Positions 30,719 to 41,906 are shown, numbered from the stretch's first letter. The stretch: 64,000 nucleotides of DNA from Chamaesiphon sp. (GCA_965246715.1 CBDFFH010000044.1:64001-128000); one strand, 5' to 3'. Program-made: numbers and translations. The notes: generated from the sequence alone by a model not told the origin.

Positions 30719-31813
30719 CTAACCCACTTGTTCATCAATGACTGGCAGAGGTGCAAAAAATGGATTGACTTTTTCATGCTCTAATATCTCTAGAATTGCT
30801 AAATTTAATTGTTTTTCAGCTTTGAAATATAGCTTTTCTTCCTTAACAAATGCCAAGATTTCGAGCGTCCGAATATTTAGTTCGATTTTACTAAATCGAA
30901 CGCGACAGAGTTCGTAGCAGCAGTGCATCGATTTGGGTATTTCTTGAATACGATCGCAAATTCGTTCGGTTTGCTCGGCGGAAATACTATCTAATTTGAG
31001 GATGATATTAACACCTAATCTCATGTCTCTAGTCGGGTTCTGCGACCAATTTTCAACGGTGCCAGCAACCATTTTAGAATTTGGCATCTTGAGAATCGAA
31101 CCACTATCTAATAAATGTAAAGTTGTCGTTCTAAATCCGATTTTGACAATTCGTGCAGAACCACTAGTACCAGTTACTTTTATCCAGTCACCTTCTTTAA
31201 ATACCCGATCTAAGTAGATAATCATCGTACAGAACCAGTCGTATAAGATATCTTTGAATACTAGTCCCAATGTAATCCCAGCACCACCGAGCAACCCAAC
31301 TAAGGCTGTCGCTGATTGTCCCAAAAATAGCTCGCTTAACTTAATCGCAATTAGGACGAGCGCCACTAATTGAAAGATCTTCGGCATCAGTGGCTGTAAC
31401 AATTCATCTAGGTCTGTACCAGTTTGTAGCACCTCATGTGCGAAAATCTTACCTAAAATTGAAGACGCTTGATAGAGTGCATATGAAAAAGTAAAGAGCG
31501 CAATTATGTAAAGAATTTTGGTAAAGATATCGTTTAATTGCATCCCGATGTTATCTGCGAGAATCTCTTTAACCGTCCACAGTCCACCGATTAAAAATAG
31601 ATAACTCAACGACGATCTAAGAATCGATACGATTTCATCGCTCAAACTTAGTTTGATTTTACCTGCAAACCGGCGGAGATTTTTAATCGCGATCGCGACC
31701 AGGATTTTTTTTAAGATCTGAATTAATGCGAGAATGGAGAGGGCGATCGCAATTTTGACGATCGGGATACTGGAATAATTTATATTTCTGAGAGCATTTA
31801 AAATTAGATCCAT
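30719..31813 (-). CDS. MscS-family mechanosensitive channel
   Basis: TM helices; GLLGGAGITLGL, FKEGDWI, IGFRTT, MPNS. Confidence 0.9.
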   Translation of the reverse strand: MDLILNALRNINYSSIPIVKIAIALSILALIQILKKILVAIAIKNLRRFAGKIKLSLSDEIVSILRSSLSYLFLIGGLWTVKEILADNIGMQLNDIFTKILYIIALFTFSYALYQASSILGKIFAHEVLQTGTDLDELLQPLMPKIFQLVALVLIAIKLSELFLGQSATALVGLLGGAGITLGLVFKDILYDWFCTMIIYLDRVFKEGDWIKVTGTSGSARIVKIGFRTTTLHLLDSGSILKMPNSKMVAGTVENWSQNPTRDMRLGVNIILKLDSISAEQTERICDRIQEIPKSMHCCYELCRVRFSKIELNIRTLEILAFVKEEKLYFKAEKQLNLAILEILEHEKVNPFFAPLPVIDEQVG

Positions 31814-32003
31814 GTTTGGGTATATCGATCGGTATCGGAGCATTAATCTGCCAGCCTATTTCCACGCAAATTTACTCCCGAGCAATAACATCCTACCTCG
31901 GATCTATTTTATTCCCAAACTAATATACAGATTTACCAGATCGCGATCTTCAGCCCCTCCAATGCGGAGCTACCAGATCCAAATAAGTTTGGTTAGCTCG
32001 CCG

Positions 32004-32185
32004 GGCGTTGCTGAATTAATGTATGAAACGCACAAACAATTTTTGTAGGGGTAATGCCTCGTGCTTACCCCGCATCGATTCAGGGTACCCACAAGCGGCG
32101 TTTTTATTCGGGGGTTCCCCCCGAATAAAAAAACGACAAGACAGGAGCACCCCTACAAAAAATCATACCCATATTCAGCAACGCC
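32004..32185. mobile_element. MITE with 13-bp TIR GGCGTTGCTGAAT and 8-bp TSD GCTCGCCG
   Basis: ggcgttgctgaat...attcagcaacgcc; gctcgccg at 31996-32003 and 32186-32193. Confidence 0.85.
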
Positions 32186-32238
32186 GCTCGCCGCTTGCCT
32201 CAATACATAAATATTGTTTTACCCGTAGATCTAGTGAT

Positions 32239-35199
32239 TCAACTATCAACTCCAGCGATCGGGGCAAAGCCTTGACGTTGAACGTTTTCGGTGATGACGC
32301 GGGGTTCGAGGAATTGGAGGAGATAATCTGCGCCGCCAGCTTTGGAACCGACACCGGAGAGTTTGAAGCCACCGAACGGTTGGCGGGAGACGATCGCACC
32401 TGTAATGGCACGATTGATATAGAGATTACCTACTTCAAATTCATCGCGCACGCGATCGATATGCGAGGGGGTGCGGGAGTACAAACCACCCGTGAGTGCA
32501 TAGTCGGTGTGATTGGCAAAGGCGATCGCTTCGTCAAAATCAGCCGCCCGAATAACGGCTAAAACGGGGCCAAAGATCTCGCGTTGGGCGATGGTAGCGG
32601 TGGGGGGTACATCGCTAAAGATCGTGGGATTGACGAAATAACCTCCGGTAGGCGCAGAAACTTCTAGCGCGAGGGTGGCTTCGGTTTTGCCCAGTTCGAT
32701 CGTTTCCTGAATCCGCAGTTGGGCGGTGCGATCGATAACTGGGCCGATTTGGGTGCTAGGCTGCTCGGCCATCCCGATATTGAGCGATCGCGTGGCTTCG
32801 ATTAAGCGGTTGACGAAGGCCTCATAAATTGGTGCGAGGACGATGGTACGGGAACATGCCGAACATTTTTGGCCGCTATAACCGAAGGTGGACTGAACTA
32901 CTCCGGCTACAGCACGATCGAGGTCGGCACTTTCATCGACGATAATCGCATTTTTACCACCCATTTCGGCAATGACCCGCTTGAGGTGTTTTTGCCCTGG
33001 CTGTAAAATCGCCGCATCGGCGTAGATCTGACAGCCGACAGCTTGAGAACCTGTAAAGGCGATCGTGTGTACGTCGGGATGTTTGACGAGGTAGGAGCCG
33101 ATGTTCGACCCGATTCCTGGGAGATATTGAAATACGCCAGCCGGGATGCCTGCGGCGACTAAAATTTCGGCAAGTTTTGCACCAATTATCGAGGAAGTTT
33201 CGGCGGGTTTGAGCAGGGTGCAATTTCCGGCGACGAGCGATGCCACTACCATCCCGCAGGGAATCGCGAGCGGGAAGTTCCAGGGGGAGATGACGACGGT
33301 AATCCCGCGCGGTTGATAGCGATAGCGGTTGGTTTCGCCAGGAAGATCGGCGTTTGCGCCAGTGTCGAGGCGTTCCATTTCTGCGGCATAGTAGTTACAA
33401 AAATCGATCGCTTCGGAAACTTCGGCATCGGCATCCCGCAGGGGTTTACCAACTTCTAGCACGATGAGGGCCGTCAGTTCGGCACGACGGTGGGCGATTG
33501 TATTCGCTGCTTGGCGCAGGATCTTGGCGCGGGTGGAAACTGGAGTTTTGCGCCACTGGGGAAAAGCGGCTTTGGCAGTGGCGACAGCGCGAGCGGCATC
33601 ATCGATCGAGCATAACCCGACTCGCCCGATAATTTCCTCAAAATTAGACGGATTGACAGACTCGATCGATTCGGCGGTCGCAATATATTCACCATTAATT
33701 AGCGGTAAATACATCTTCCCAAAAGTTTGCCGGACGCTCGCAAAAGCTTGCTGCGCTCTTCCTCTGGCTTCGGCATCCGCATAATCGGTATCGGGAGCAT
33801 TATTAAAGTCTCGCTCTAATTCAAATACACTTGCTACGCCAACTTCTGGCGGTGCGAGTAATTCGGCGATCGGACGTTCTTCCAAATTTTGGCGGAGGAA
33901 GGAACTATTGGCGGTATTTTCTAATAAGCGGCGGATCAAATATGCCATGCCGGGCAATAAATCGCCGTAGGGACAATAGACTCTGACGCGATGACCGCGC
34001 GCGACTAGAGCGCGGGCGAGTTTGTCACCCATCCCATACAGGACTTGCAGCTCAAAGCAACGATTGGGGACTTTTAAAGCTTCAGCAATTGCGATCGCTT
34101 TTGCTTGAGATCGAACATTATGACTCCCGATCGCGCTATAAATATACTGGTAATTTTCCAGCATTAATTCGGTGAGCGCTTCAAAATTGGCATCCGTTGC
34201 TGCTTTGTCATTGTAGACGGGTTGTGCCCAATCTTTTTGAGCTGCTTGGATCGTTTCGGTATCCCAATAAGCACCTTTAACTAACCGCACCGTCACGGGA
34301 GCACCGCGCAATTTTGCCCAGTCGATTATTTCTTGCAAATCAGTTTTACTATCGCGTAAATAAGCTTGAATCGTCATGCCGATATCGGTACGCTGACGAA
34401 ATTCGTCCTCTATCAATAACTGCTTGAGAATAGCTAACGTAAGATTCTTATATTCATACTGCTCCATATCGAAATGGATTGCCGCACCAACCGATCGCGC
34501 ATGACGTAATAATAAGCGCAATCTTTCAATCACTCGTTCCTGACTTCCTTGCGGATCTAACGGATCGAATTGAGAATAAAAAGCGGTTAATTTTACCGAT
34601 ACTTGTACTCGGGGAATTGCGCCTCCATCCGCCAGATCGATTGCGGGTACCTGTGCCCAAGTTTTGGCAGCATCGGTGAGTTGGGTGATTAATTCTAAAT
34701 AGCGATCGAAATAAAATTTAGCTTCGGCTTCGGTAATTACTGCCTCGCCAAGTAAATCGATCGTAAATGCCATCTTATCCTGGCGTAAACGGGATACTGT
34801 TTTAATTATTTGCTGAATATTTTCGCCAGCAATATATTTGTGAGCTAAGGTTTCGATCGCTGTCGCTACCGTTGTCGCCCCGACTTGTCCGGTTAAGCGA
34901 TCGCTTAATAATCCCTTTAAAGCTGAAGGTAATTCAACACTAGTGTCACCTAAGTATTCTTGGAGATGTCGAGCGATTTCAGTTTTACTTTTGAGGGCGG
35001 GGAGACAATCGATGAATCGAAATAATTGTACTCGTAAATTGGGATTTTCCATCGTCCAAGCTAGCAACTTGTCATCCCAGCGGAGATTATCGCGCATTTT
35101 GGCAAAGAAAGAACGATTCTCCCGAGTTGCGGCTAATAAATCTGTGGCGATCGTTTGAAGTTCGGATTCGTAACTGCGATCGGAGTTTAACAGCAACAC
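32239..35199 (-). CDS. putA: Bifunctional proline dehydrogenase / P5C dehydrogenase
   Basis: VRLVKGAYWD, RRLLENTAN, ISPWNFP, AEMGGKN, GQKCSAC; GTG start after aaggag. Confidence 0.95.
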   Translation of the reverse strand: MLLLNSDRSYESELQTIATDLLAATRENRSFFAKMRDNLRWDDKLLAWTMENPNLRVQLFRFIDCLPALKSKTEIARHLQEYLGDTSVELPSALKGLLSDRLTGQVGATTVATAIETLAHKYIAGENIQQIIKTVSRLRQDKMAFTIDLLGEAVITEAEAKFYFDRYLELITQLTDAAKTWAQVPAIDLADGGAIPRVQVSVKLTAFYSQFDPLDPQGSQERVIERLRLLLRHARSVGAAIHFDMEQYEYKNLTLAILKQLLIEDEFRQRTDIGMTIQAYLRDSKTDLQEIIDWAKLRGAPVTVRLVKGAYWDTETIQAAQKDWAQPVYNDKAATDANFEALTELMLENYQYIYSAIGSHNVRSQAKAIAIAEALKVPNRCFELQVLYGMGDKLARALVARGHRVRVYCPYGDLLPGMAYLIRRLLENTANSSFLRQNLEERPIAELLAPPEVGVASVFELERDFNNAPDTDYADAEARGRAQQAFASVRQTFGKMYLPLINGEYIATAESIESVNPSNFEEIIGRVGLCSIDDAARAVATAKAAFPQWRKTPVSTRAKILRQAANTIAHRRAELTALIVLEVGKPLRDADAEVSEAIDFCNYYAAEMERLDTGANADLPGETNRYRYQPRGITVVISPWNFPLAIPCGMVVASLVAGNCTLLKPAETSSIIGAKLAEILVAAGIPAGVFQYLPGIGSNIGSYLVKHPDVHTIAFTGSQAVGCQIYADAAILQPGQKHLKRVIAEMGGKNAIIVDESADLDRAVAGVVQSTFGYSGQKCSACSRTIVLAPIYEAFVNRLIEATRSLNIGMAEQPSTQIGPVIDRTAQLRIQETIELGKTEATLALEVSAPTGGYFVNPTIFSDVPPTATIAQREIFGPVLAVIRAADFDEAIAFANHTDYALTGGLYSRTPSHIDRVRDEFEVGNLYINRAITGAIVSRQPFGGFKLSGVGSKAGGADYLLQFLEPRVITENVQRQGFAPIAGVDS

Positions 35200-35387
35200 A
35201 ATTATTTTTCTCCTTAAATTATCGTTAGCGCAAGGGGATATATTCAAGATAATCTGTCGTGGCGGTGGACAGTGCTCGCGACGGACAGTTTTAGAGGCGA
35301 TCTTCTGTGTTTGATAAATTATGACAAACTAGTTAGAATCTATTCTAGCGTGAGTCTGCAAGGGGGCGCGAAGCAGGTTAAGAGCGA

Positions 35388-35421
35388 GGCACCCCTACAG
35401 ATTTAACTATGTAGGGGTGCC
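35388..35421. repeat. REP-like inverted repeat, possible terminator of the upstream minus-strand gene
   Basis: ggcacccctaca...tgtaggggtgcc. Confidence 0.65.
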
Positions 35422-35463
35422 GATAGGATTGTAGTAGTAATCATCCTGTGAGATTAGCGATCG

Positions 35464-38400
35464 TTAGAGCGTAAATCGATCGACGACATATGCCCCAATC
35501 TTTTGACCCAGTGTCAAGCCATCCTGATTGGCAAATTGGAAGTGAATCCCGCCATAAATCCGACTTTGCCCGGCTTCGGCGGCAGCGGCATCGAAACCAG
35601 TGAAGCTGCGCGTGACATCTGGTAAGCCCTTGGAGCCAGTATTAAAGCTGAAATTACTCCCAAAAGCGCGGTCTAGGACGGTTGCCGCCGCAGCACTAAA
35701 GGTACTGTGCCCCGAGACGTATTCGGGGAAGGGTGGCGTACCGATTAATGGCAGCCAAGTTGCATCAGCGATCGTACCCGCATTGCCATCGAGATCTGCC
35801 TGGCGAATTGCGGTAATCGGTCGCCAAGTATTATAGGTATACTTAGCATCCCAAGCAGCAATTCCCGCATCTGCCAGCGCGATATTTAACACGGCGAAGA
35901 TGCGCGCGTTATCCAGCAGGCTCTTCCCGGTGATACTTGCGGCAGTAGCAGCGATATCATTCCAATGTCCGGGTGGTGTGAATGTCCCACCCCCATCAGC
36001 CCAGAACAGGGCGATCTGAGTTTGGTCGGCAGTCCGGATCGACGAGTTTTTGGCACCATAAGCCTTAGTTTCATTAAAGGCTTGGGTATATTCAGTGCTA
36101 GTCAGACTGGGCGCGCCTGTCGGGCGGAATTGTGAGCCAGTGGTGATGCCGAATGGTGTCACATTGCCCCATTGTGGTAGTAGCGCAGTTGCAAAGGTAG
36201 GTAAATCGGGTCGCCAGTCGCCAGGGTTGGTACCAGGCGTATAAGTAACGGGATCGGTTGCCCCATCGGTTTGTCGCCATGCAAGCGTACTTGCAGCGAC
36301 GGCATCACCGAGAGCGATACCTGCGGCTGTGGCAGCAGCGGTTGCACCATTGAGAAGTGAACTCGCTAATACACCATCAAAATATGCTTGTTGGGTAGGG
36401 TAGAACGCAGAGAGGATCTTCGCGGCAGCTTCGGCGGCAGCGGCAATTTCATCCGCTCCAGCGATGGGGGTGCCAGTGAAGTGATATTCAGCATACTTTT
36501 GCTCGACTGCGTTGGCAGCATCGTACATCGCTGTGTGTACCATTGCCAAAATCCGCGCTGCTGCTGGTGGTGGAGTTTTAGCAGTCGCGATCGCATTGAG
36601 GGCAACATGGTTCCAAGTGAGGATGACATCGTCAGGATTGGTTCGCGTAATCATCGTGTTGCTGGTGGCGATTTCCCCATTGGCATCGATGGTGCTGACG
36701 GTAAACTGATTAGCACCAAACGCTAGTGCGACCCCAGTAAATGTCGCTGTCCCAGTAGCATCGGCAATCGCCGTCAGTTGGCCTAATTTAACCGTCAACC
36801 CGGCTTGAGTTTTGGCAACTAAGTCTACGAGATTCGCACTCGTAACTAAATCGCCGCTGACTCCGGTATCGCTGGACTTCGCCAGTACCAGACTAGCGCG
36901 ATTGGTATTGGCCGCTTGACTGTTAAAGTTAAGAGTTGTCGCCCCAACAGGAACACCGCTAGCTGAGACACCACGCGCGATTAGGCTGTGCGTGCCGAAC
37001 GCGAGTTTGCCACCGGCGAGGCTATCTAATTGTGCAGGTAATAATTGGAAGGAACCATCCGCTTGCAAGACGGTAGTGAGATCGGTGTAATTACTATTGC
37101 CGTCGAGGGCAAATTCTAAACGGGCGATCCGTTGTTTTTCGGCAATCCGTCCGCGCACGTTGAGATCGCTAGTAATCCCATCGTTATTTTTAATCCCAGT
37201 ATCGTTGAGTAACGCGATCGACAGTAATGGCCCACAGGCGACGGTAACGGCATAAGTATGGCTGACGCTATTCCCCGCGAGATCGGTAGCAACGATCGTC
37301 AGATCGTGCGTGCCATCGTTAACTCCAGTAAAGTCGAAGAGCGAATCGAATACGAATGTCCCAGTGGGGGTAGGCGTGAGCTGAGTCGCTGCTGCGCCAT
37401 TAAATTGATAGCTAAGCGTTGCAATATTACTATCGGTAACTTGTCCAGCAAAGTGCGAAGACCAATTTAAGACAATCCCCGCTAAGTTTTGTGCCAGTTG
37501 AATTTGGGGGGCGACGGTATCGATCGCGATTGCGAGCGCAGTCGGTGTACTGCTAACATTACCAGCAATGTCGGTGGCAATCGCCGTGAGGTGATGGTTG
37601 CCATCACTCAACGGACTGGCGGTAAGCTGCCACTTGCCATCGGCACCAACGGTAGTTTGACCGATCGATTGCATCCCATCGCGGAGTTGAATTGTCGCCC
37701 CACTCTCACCTGTTCCCGTCAATGTCGGCGTGTTAATCTTGGTGAGCCGATCGGTATTACTAGTCCCTGTATCACTGGCGGTTACTAGTTGCAGGGTGGG
37801 AATCACGATCTTCGTATCTAAGGTAAAGGTACAGTCGAAACTCGACTGATTGCCATTTTTATCGATCGCACTCAGATGGAGGGTATGCGTGCCATCAGCG
37901 AGAGTACCACCAGCGATCTGGTCTAATTGCGGGCGACTGAAGCTGAAGATGCCACCTGGTTGCAGGCTGGTAGTGACATTTTGCCAGCTACCTGCGGGGG
38001 TAGTATCGAATCCAGCTTTGAAGGTGGCGATCCTACTAGTATCGGCGATTTTCCCGGCGATCGTTGCGTCGTTGGTCAGCTTGTCGGTACTACTCCTACC
38101 TGTATCATTTGCCAAACCCGCAGCGATAACTGGGGCGACTAAATCTACATAAGTTACCGAAATGCGATCGTTGAAGATGATATCTTTTTGACTGGAGATC
38201 GTGCCAGCTAACTCAGTTCGATCGTTTGTGGTAAACGCCCCCGCGCTCAGAAAGCTACCACGCAAGATTGCGACATCGTTAAATGTAATCCGTCCTTGAG
38301 AAATAACCTGGAGGTTTTGGAGGGTATTGGTGCCACAGATGCGACCGTTAAAGGTGATGTCACCACTACCATTGGCAAGGAGACTATTGCCACCGAGTTT

Positions 38401-39423
38401 GACGGTATCGCTAGTAGTAATCTTGCCAGCTGCCAATACCGCGACATTTTCTCCCTGCAAGCGGTTGAGAGTAATGTTGCCGTTACTAGCGACGAGCGTA
38501 ACGTTAGTTAATTTCGCATTCTCGTTGCAGGTGATATTCCCGTTATCGACGATGATGACATAGTTACTCAGATCGATGCCAGCAGGGATATTGAAACCGC
38601 CACCTGTGACTCTCACGACCTTGGGTTGAGTTACCGTGCCAGGGGCAGGGAATTTCTGCCACTGCTTGAGGTTATTTGCTGGGTTTTGTTGAGAATTAAA
38701 TGTGAAAACTGGAGTGCCCGCCGGAATGCGATCGGCTAATTGTTGCTGCTCGATCTGTGCAAAACTGGGAACGACTAACGGCGGTTGGGGGAGGACTTGG
38801 GGACGATTGAGATTGGCGTAGCGGCCGTTATCGCTGACCCGCACCAGCGCATCTGTCGAACCGACGACAAAGGCCCGATCGATTAACACTAATTTACGTT
38901 GTCCGTCGCGGAGCGGATTGCCACTACTATCCCGCTGTACGGGGAAAATACTGCTATCTGTCAAGCTAAAACCTTTAGCGGCATACACGCGCGCATCATC
39001 GCTGAGGTCGAGCGGGTTGCCATCGAGGTCGCTTTCCTCCTTAAATCTGACAACTCCACCAGCTTGAATTGCAAAGGGTAGATTAGGTTGGCTGGGTGTT
39101 GGTACTGGAGTCGAGATCGCCAGGGATTGGCTAATTAGATTGAGGCTAGGCAACGCCGCGAGCGTTGGATTACCAAAGAGCGCATTACCGAATCCTGCAG
39201 TAGTGGGAGAATTAATCTCACCGATGGCAAGCTGGATCGGAGTACCGATCGATCGCAGGACTGATGGTACGAAATTATTGAGGAGATCGATTTCGTTGGT
39301 AGGTAAAAAAGCGCCATTAGCAACGCTAGAGAAAATATCTGACGATCCTAACAATGGCCGAGGTACGAATGAGTCGATTCCTGTGACAAAAAGCGAATTG
39401 TTGGTAATATTTTGGCTATCCAT
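35464..39423 (-). CDS. Large Ig-like-repeat protein with C-terminal vanadium haloperoxidase/PAP2-like domain
   Basis: DTGxSxTDxLT Big-type repeats; KYTYNTWRP, PPFPEYVSGHS and SRIYGGIHF active-site motifs. Confidence 0.85.
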   Translation of the reverse strand: MDSQNITNNSLFVTGIDSFVPRPLLGSSDIFSSVANGAFLPTNEIDLLNNFVPSVLRSIGTPIQLAIGEINSPTTAGFGNALFGNPTLAALPSLNLISQSLAISTPVPTPSQPNLPFAIQAGGVVRFKEESDLDGNPLDLSDDARVYAAKGFSLTDSSIFPVQRDSSGNPLRDGQRKLVLIDRAFVVGSTDALVRVSDNGRYANLNRPQVLPQPPLVVPSFAQIEQQQLADRIPAGTPVFTFNSQQNPANNLKQWQKFPAPGTVTQPKVVRVTGGGFNIPAGIDLSNYVIIVDNGNITCNENAKLTNVTLVASNGNITLNRLQGENVAVLAAGKITTSDTVKLGGNSLLANGSGDITFNGRICGTNTLQNLQVISQGRITFNDVAILRGSFLSAGAFTTNDRTELAGTISSQKDIIFNDRISVTYVDLVAPVIAAGLANDTGRSSTDKLTNDATIAGKIADTSRIATFKAGFDTTPAGSWQNVTTSLQPGGIFSFSRPQLDQIAGGTLADGTHTLHLSAIDKNGNQSSFDCTFTLDTKIVIPTLQLVTASDTGTSNTDRLTKINTPTLTGTGESGATIQLRDGMQSIGQTTVGADGKWQLTASPLSDGNHHLTAIATDIAGNVSSTPTALAIAIDTVAPQIQLAQNLAGIVLNWSSHFAGQVTDSNIATLSYQFNGAAATQLTPTPTGTFVFDSLFDFTGVNDGTHDLTIVATDLAGNSVSHTYAVTVACGPLLSIALLNDTGIKNNDGITSDLNVRGRIAEKQRIARLEFALDGNSNYTDLTTVLQADGSFQLLPAQLDSLAGGKLAFGTHSLIARGVSASGVPVGATTLNFNSQAANTNRASLVLAKSSDTGVSGDLVTSANLVDLVAKTQAGLTVKLGQLTAIADATGTATFTGVALAFGANQFTVSTIDANGEIATSNTMITRTNPDDVILTWNHVALNAIATAKTPPPAAARILAMVHTAMYDAANAVEQKYAEYHFTGTPIAGADEIAAAAEAAAKILSAFYPTQQAYFDGVLASSLLNGATAAATAAGIALGDAVAASTLAWRQTDGATDPVTYTPGTNPGDWRPDLPTFATALLPQWGNVTPFGITTGSQFRPTGAPSLTSTEYTQAFNETKAYGAKNSSIRTADQTQIALFWADGGGTFTPPGHWNDIAATAASITGKSLLDNARIFAVLNIALADAGIAAWDAKYTYNTWRPITAIRQADLDGNAGTIADATWLPLIGTPPFPEYVSGHSTFSAAAATVLDRAFGSNFSFNTGSKGLPDVTRSFTGFDAAAAEAGQSRIYGGIHFQFANQDGLTLGQKIGAYVVDRFTL

Positions 39424-39810
39424 AGGCTCTAGTTTAGGCTTGTTTTTTGATAAGAATTATTTGTGAGATCGACAAAGTAGAGCTTACTCATAAACTGGGT
39501 GGCTCGATTATCGCCAGATGACGTACAAATTTCGATTTTTCAGGAAACTTCTCGGATATCTAGCCGATCTCGAATAACGGTGAGATCGTTTAAAAGCCGG
39601 ATGTGCAAGAGAAAAATCTAGTTTTTTGAGATGATATGATTCAGGATATTTTGATTATTTAGATTATATCGATCGAGTTTTGACTTCAATCGTACTGTTC
39701 CAAACCAGCGATCGACCTGAGCACGATCGCTTATTTTTCTCACTATTTAAGCGATTCAATTACGTACTAAGTCATCCTCTCGGCGATCGCCAGTCAGACA
39801 ATCTTAAGTT

Positions 39811-39985
39811 AACGTCAGTTCTGATTAAGGATATTTGCTTCGTTCCAGTATCGCCCTCGATTGAAATCGGGGCTAACGTTACAAAGTCCGCCTTCGCGGA
39901 CTAAATATCTTAGTCCGCGAAGGCGGACTTCGCACCATGAGCCGAGACTTCAGTCTCCAGGCTCCTCTTATCCCGAACTGACGTT
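39811..39985. mobile_element. 175-bp AACGTSAG-TIR MITE with 5-bp TSD AAGTT
   Basis: aacgtcagttctgattaag...cttatcccgaactgacgtt; aagtt on both sides. Confidence 0.85.
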
Positions 39986-40031
39986 AAGTTTTAATCTGGC
40001 TCTAAGCCGCAATTTAAGACTACGGAAGAAG

Positions 40032-40391
40032 TTATTCCGAACCTGACGGTTGAGACTTTAAATCGGCTTCAGTGCGATCGACAAGTCCATCTACTGCGTC
40101 TCCAGGCGTTTGCCCGATCGACGATCTTACAGCATCGATCGCATTATTTAAGTCGCTAATTTTATCGTCCAAACTCCGCCGTGCGACTTCCATCCGATCC
40201 ATCGATCGCATTCGGTTGGGTTTTAAAGGTCTTTTCTGCCCTCTTTCGCCAGCCAATCTGCCGCTATTAGCATCATCCTCGATCCGATTGGCTTTTTGGG
40301 TGGCGATCGTTGCACCAACCACACCGCCAATAATGCCACCAACTAAGGTACCCAGCCAAAATCCACTACCAAATCCATCGCGGTTGCTCAT
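40032..40391 (-). CDS. Conserved cyanobacterial protein with Gly-zipper TM (YtxH-like)
   Basis: [35 protein letters not shown]. Confidence 0.75.
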   Translation of the reverse strand: MSNRDGFGSGFWLGTLVGGIIGGVVGATIATQKANRIEDDANSGRLAGERGQKRPLKPNRMRSMDRMEVARRSLDDKISDLNNAIDAVRSSIGQTPGDAVDGLVDRTEADLKSQPSGSE

Positions 40392-40505
40392 AATATATCT
40401 CCTGTTAGATCGCTATCTCTAATTATCCCCCCAACCGACCTGCAACGGCAGCAGTTACGCGATCGCGATAAACTGATAACTGATAATCGATCGCAGATCT
40501 CTGAT

Positions 40506-41594
40506 ATGGGCAATACCTTTGGGCATTTATTTAGAATTACAACCTACGGCGAATCTCATGGAGGTGGCGTAGGCGTAATTATCGATGGTTGTCCACCCCA
40601 AGTCGAAATTACCGAGGCTGAAATTCAGCTCGAACTCGATCGCCGTCGCCCTGGGCAGAGTAAGATTACCACACCGCGCAAAGAAGCCGATATCTGTGAA
40701 ATTCTCTCGGGCGTATTCCAAGGTAAAACGCTCGGTACCCCAATTAGTATTTTAGTCCGCAATAAGGACGCTCGATCGCAAGATTATGACGAAATGGTGC
40801 AAACTTATCGTCCCTCTCATGCTGATGCGACCTATGATGCTAAATATGGGATTCGCAACTGGCAAGGTGGGGGCAGATCTTCCGCGCGCGAAACCATCGG
40901 ACGCGTAGCAGCGGGCGCGATTGCCAAGAAAATCTTACAGATTGTCAATAATGTCGAAGTCATTGCTTATGTCAAACGGATTCAGGATCTCGAAGCGACA
41001 GTAGATAGCAATACCGTCACGATGGCGCAGGTAGAAAGTAATATCGTCCGCTGTCCCGATCCTACATGTGCCGAGCAGATGATCGAGCGGATCGAAGCGA
41101 TCGGCAGACAAGGAGACTCGATCGGTGGTGTGGTAGAATGCGTGGTACGGAATGTACCCAAAGGCTTAGGGATGCCAGTATTCGACAGGCTTGAAGCCGA
41201 TATCGCTAAAGGAGTGATGTCTCTCCCCGCCACCAAGGGCTTTGAAATCGGTTCGGGGTTTGCCGGAACATTACTGACTGGCAGCGAGCATAATGACGAA
41301 TTTTACACCGATGAGGATGGTGAAATTCGGACGCGCACCAATCGTTCTGGTGGTACCCAAGGTGGAATATCCAACGGCGAAAATATCATCATTCGCGTGG
41401 CATTCAAACCCACCGCCACGATTCGCAAAGAGCAAAATACCGTTACAGCTGAAGGCGTAGAAACCACGCTCGCCGCCAAAGGCAGGCACGATCCTTGCGT
41501 GTTACCCCGTGCGGTACCGATGGTAGAAGCAATGGTGGCGTTGGTGCTCTGCGACCACTTATTGCGGCATTACGGACAGTGTAAGGTGCTGTAG
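40506..41594 (+). CDS. aroC: Chorismate synthase
   Basis: [27 protein letters not shown]. Confidence 0.98.
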   Translation: MGNTFGHLFRITTYGESHGGGVGVIIDGCPPQVEITEAEIQLELDRRRPGQSKITTPRKEADICEILSGVFQGKTLGTPISILVRNKDARSQDYDEMVQTYRPSHADATYDAKYGIRNWQGGGRSSARETIGRVAAGAIAKKILQIVNNVEVIAYVKRIQDLEATVDSNTVTMAQVESNIVRCPDPTCAEQMIERIEAIGRQGDSIGGVVECVVRNVPKGLGMPVFDRLEADIAKGVMSLPATKGFEIGSGFAGTLLTGSEHNDEFYTDEDGEIRTRTNRSGGTQGGISNGENIIIRVAFKPTATIRKEQNTVTAEGVETTLAAKGRHDPCVLPRAVPMVEAMVALVLCDHLLRHYGQCKVL

Positions 41595-41695
41595 ATCGCT
41601 CTTTGCTGCCAAACCCTGGGTCTATTCTATTAGTAGTGTCTCCAAACTGCTGCTCGATCGATTTTTTATCCCGAGAGCCTATATTTGTCCTTAAT

Positions 41696-41816
41696 GGCTC
41701 TCCTGGGTTTGTGGTAGAAAATGTATCTTAGGCTACGGTTTTCGGCAGCGATCGGTCTTGAAAGCGTTACAGGACTGAATACAAGTAACGCTTATCACCA
41801 AATACCCAGGAGACCC
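41696..41816. mobile_element. Small inverted-repeat element abutting the toxin remnant
   Basis: ggctctcctggg ... cccaggagacc; internal aagcgttac...gtaacgctt. Confidence 0.5.
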
Positions 41817-41901
41817 GATAATCCACTAGATTCAGCTAACCCACGCCAATATCACGTAAATCTTGTTTCGCGCTCTCAGAAAAACGAATTTGAATACTCA
41901 T
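41817..41901 (-). pseudogene. Truncated, frameshifted ParE/RelE-type toxin N-terminus
   Basis: MSIQIRFSESAKQDLRDI-(W)RGLAESSG starting 5 nt after the antitoxin stop. Confidence 0.6.
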
Positions 41902-41906
41902 GTAGC

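Noticed and set aside
32023..32562. 179 aa plus-strand ORF
   Set aside because: Reads through a MITE and then antisense to putA
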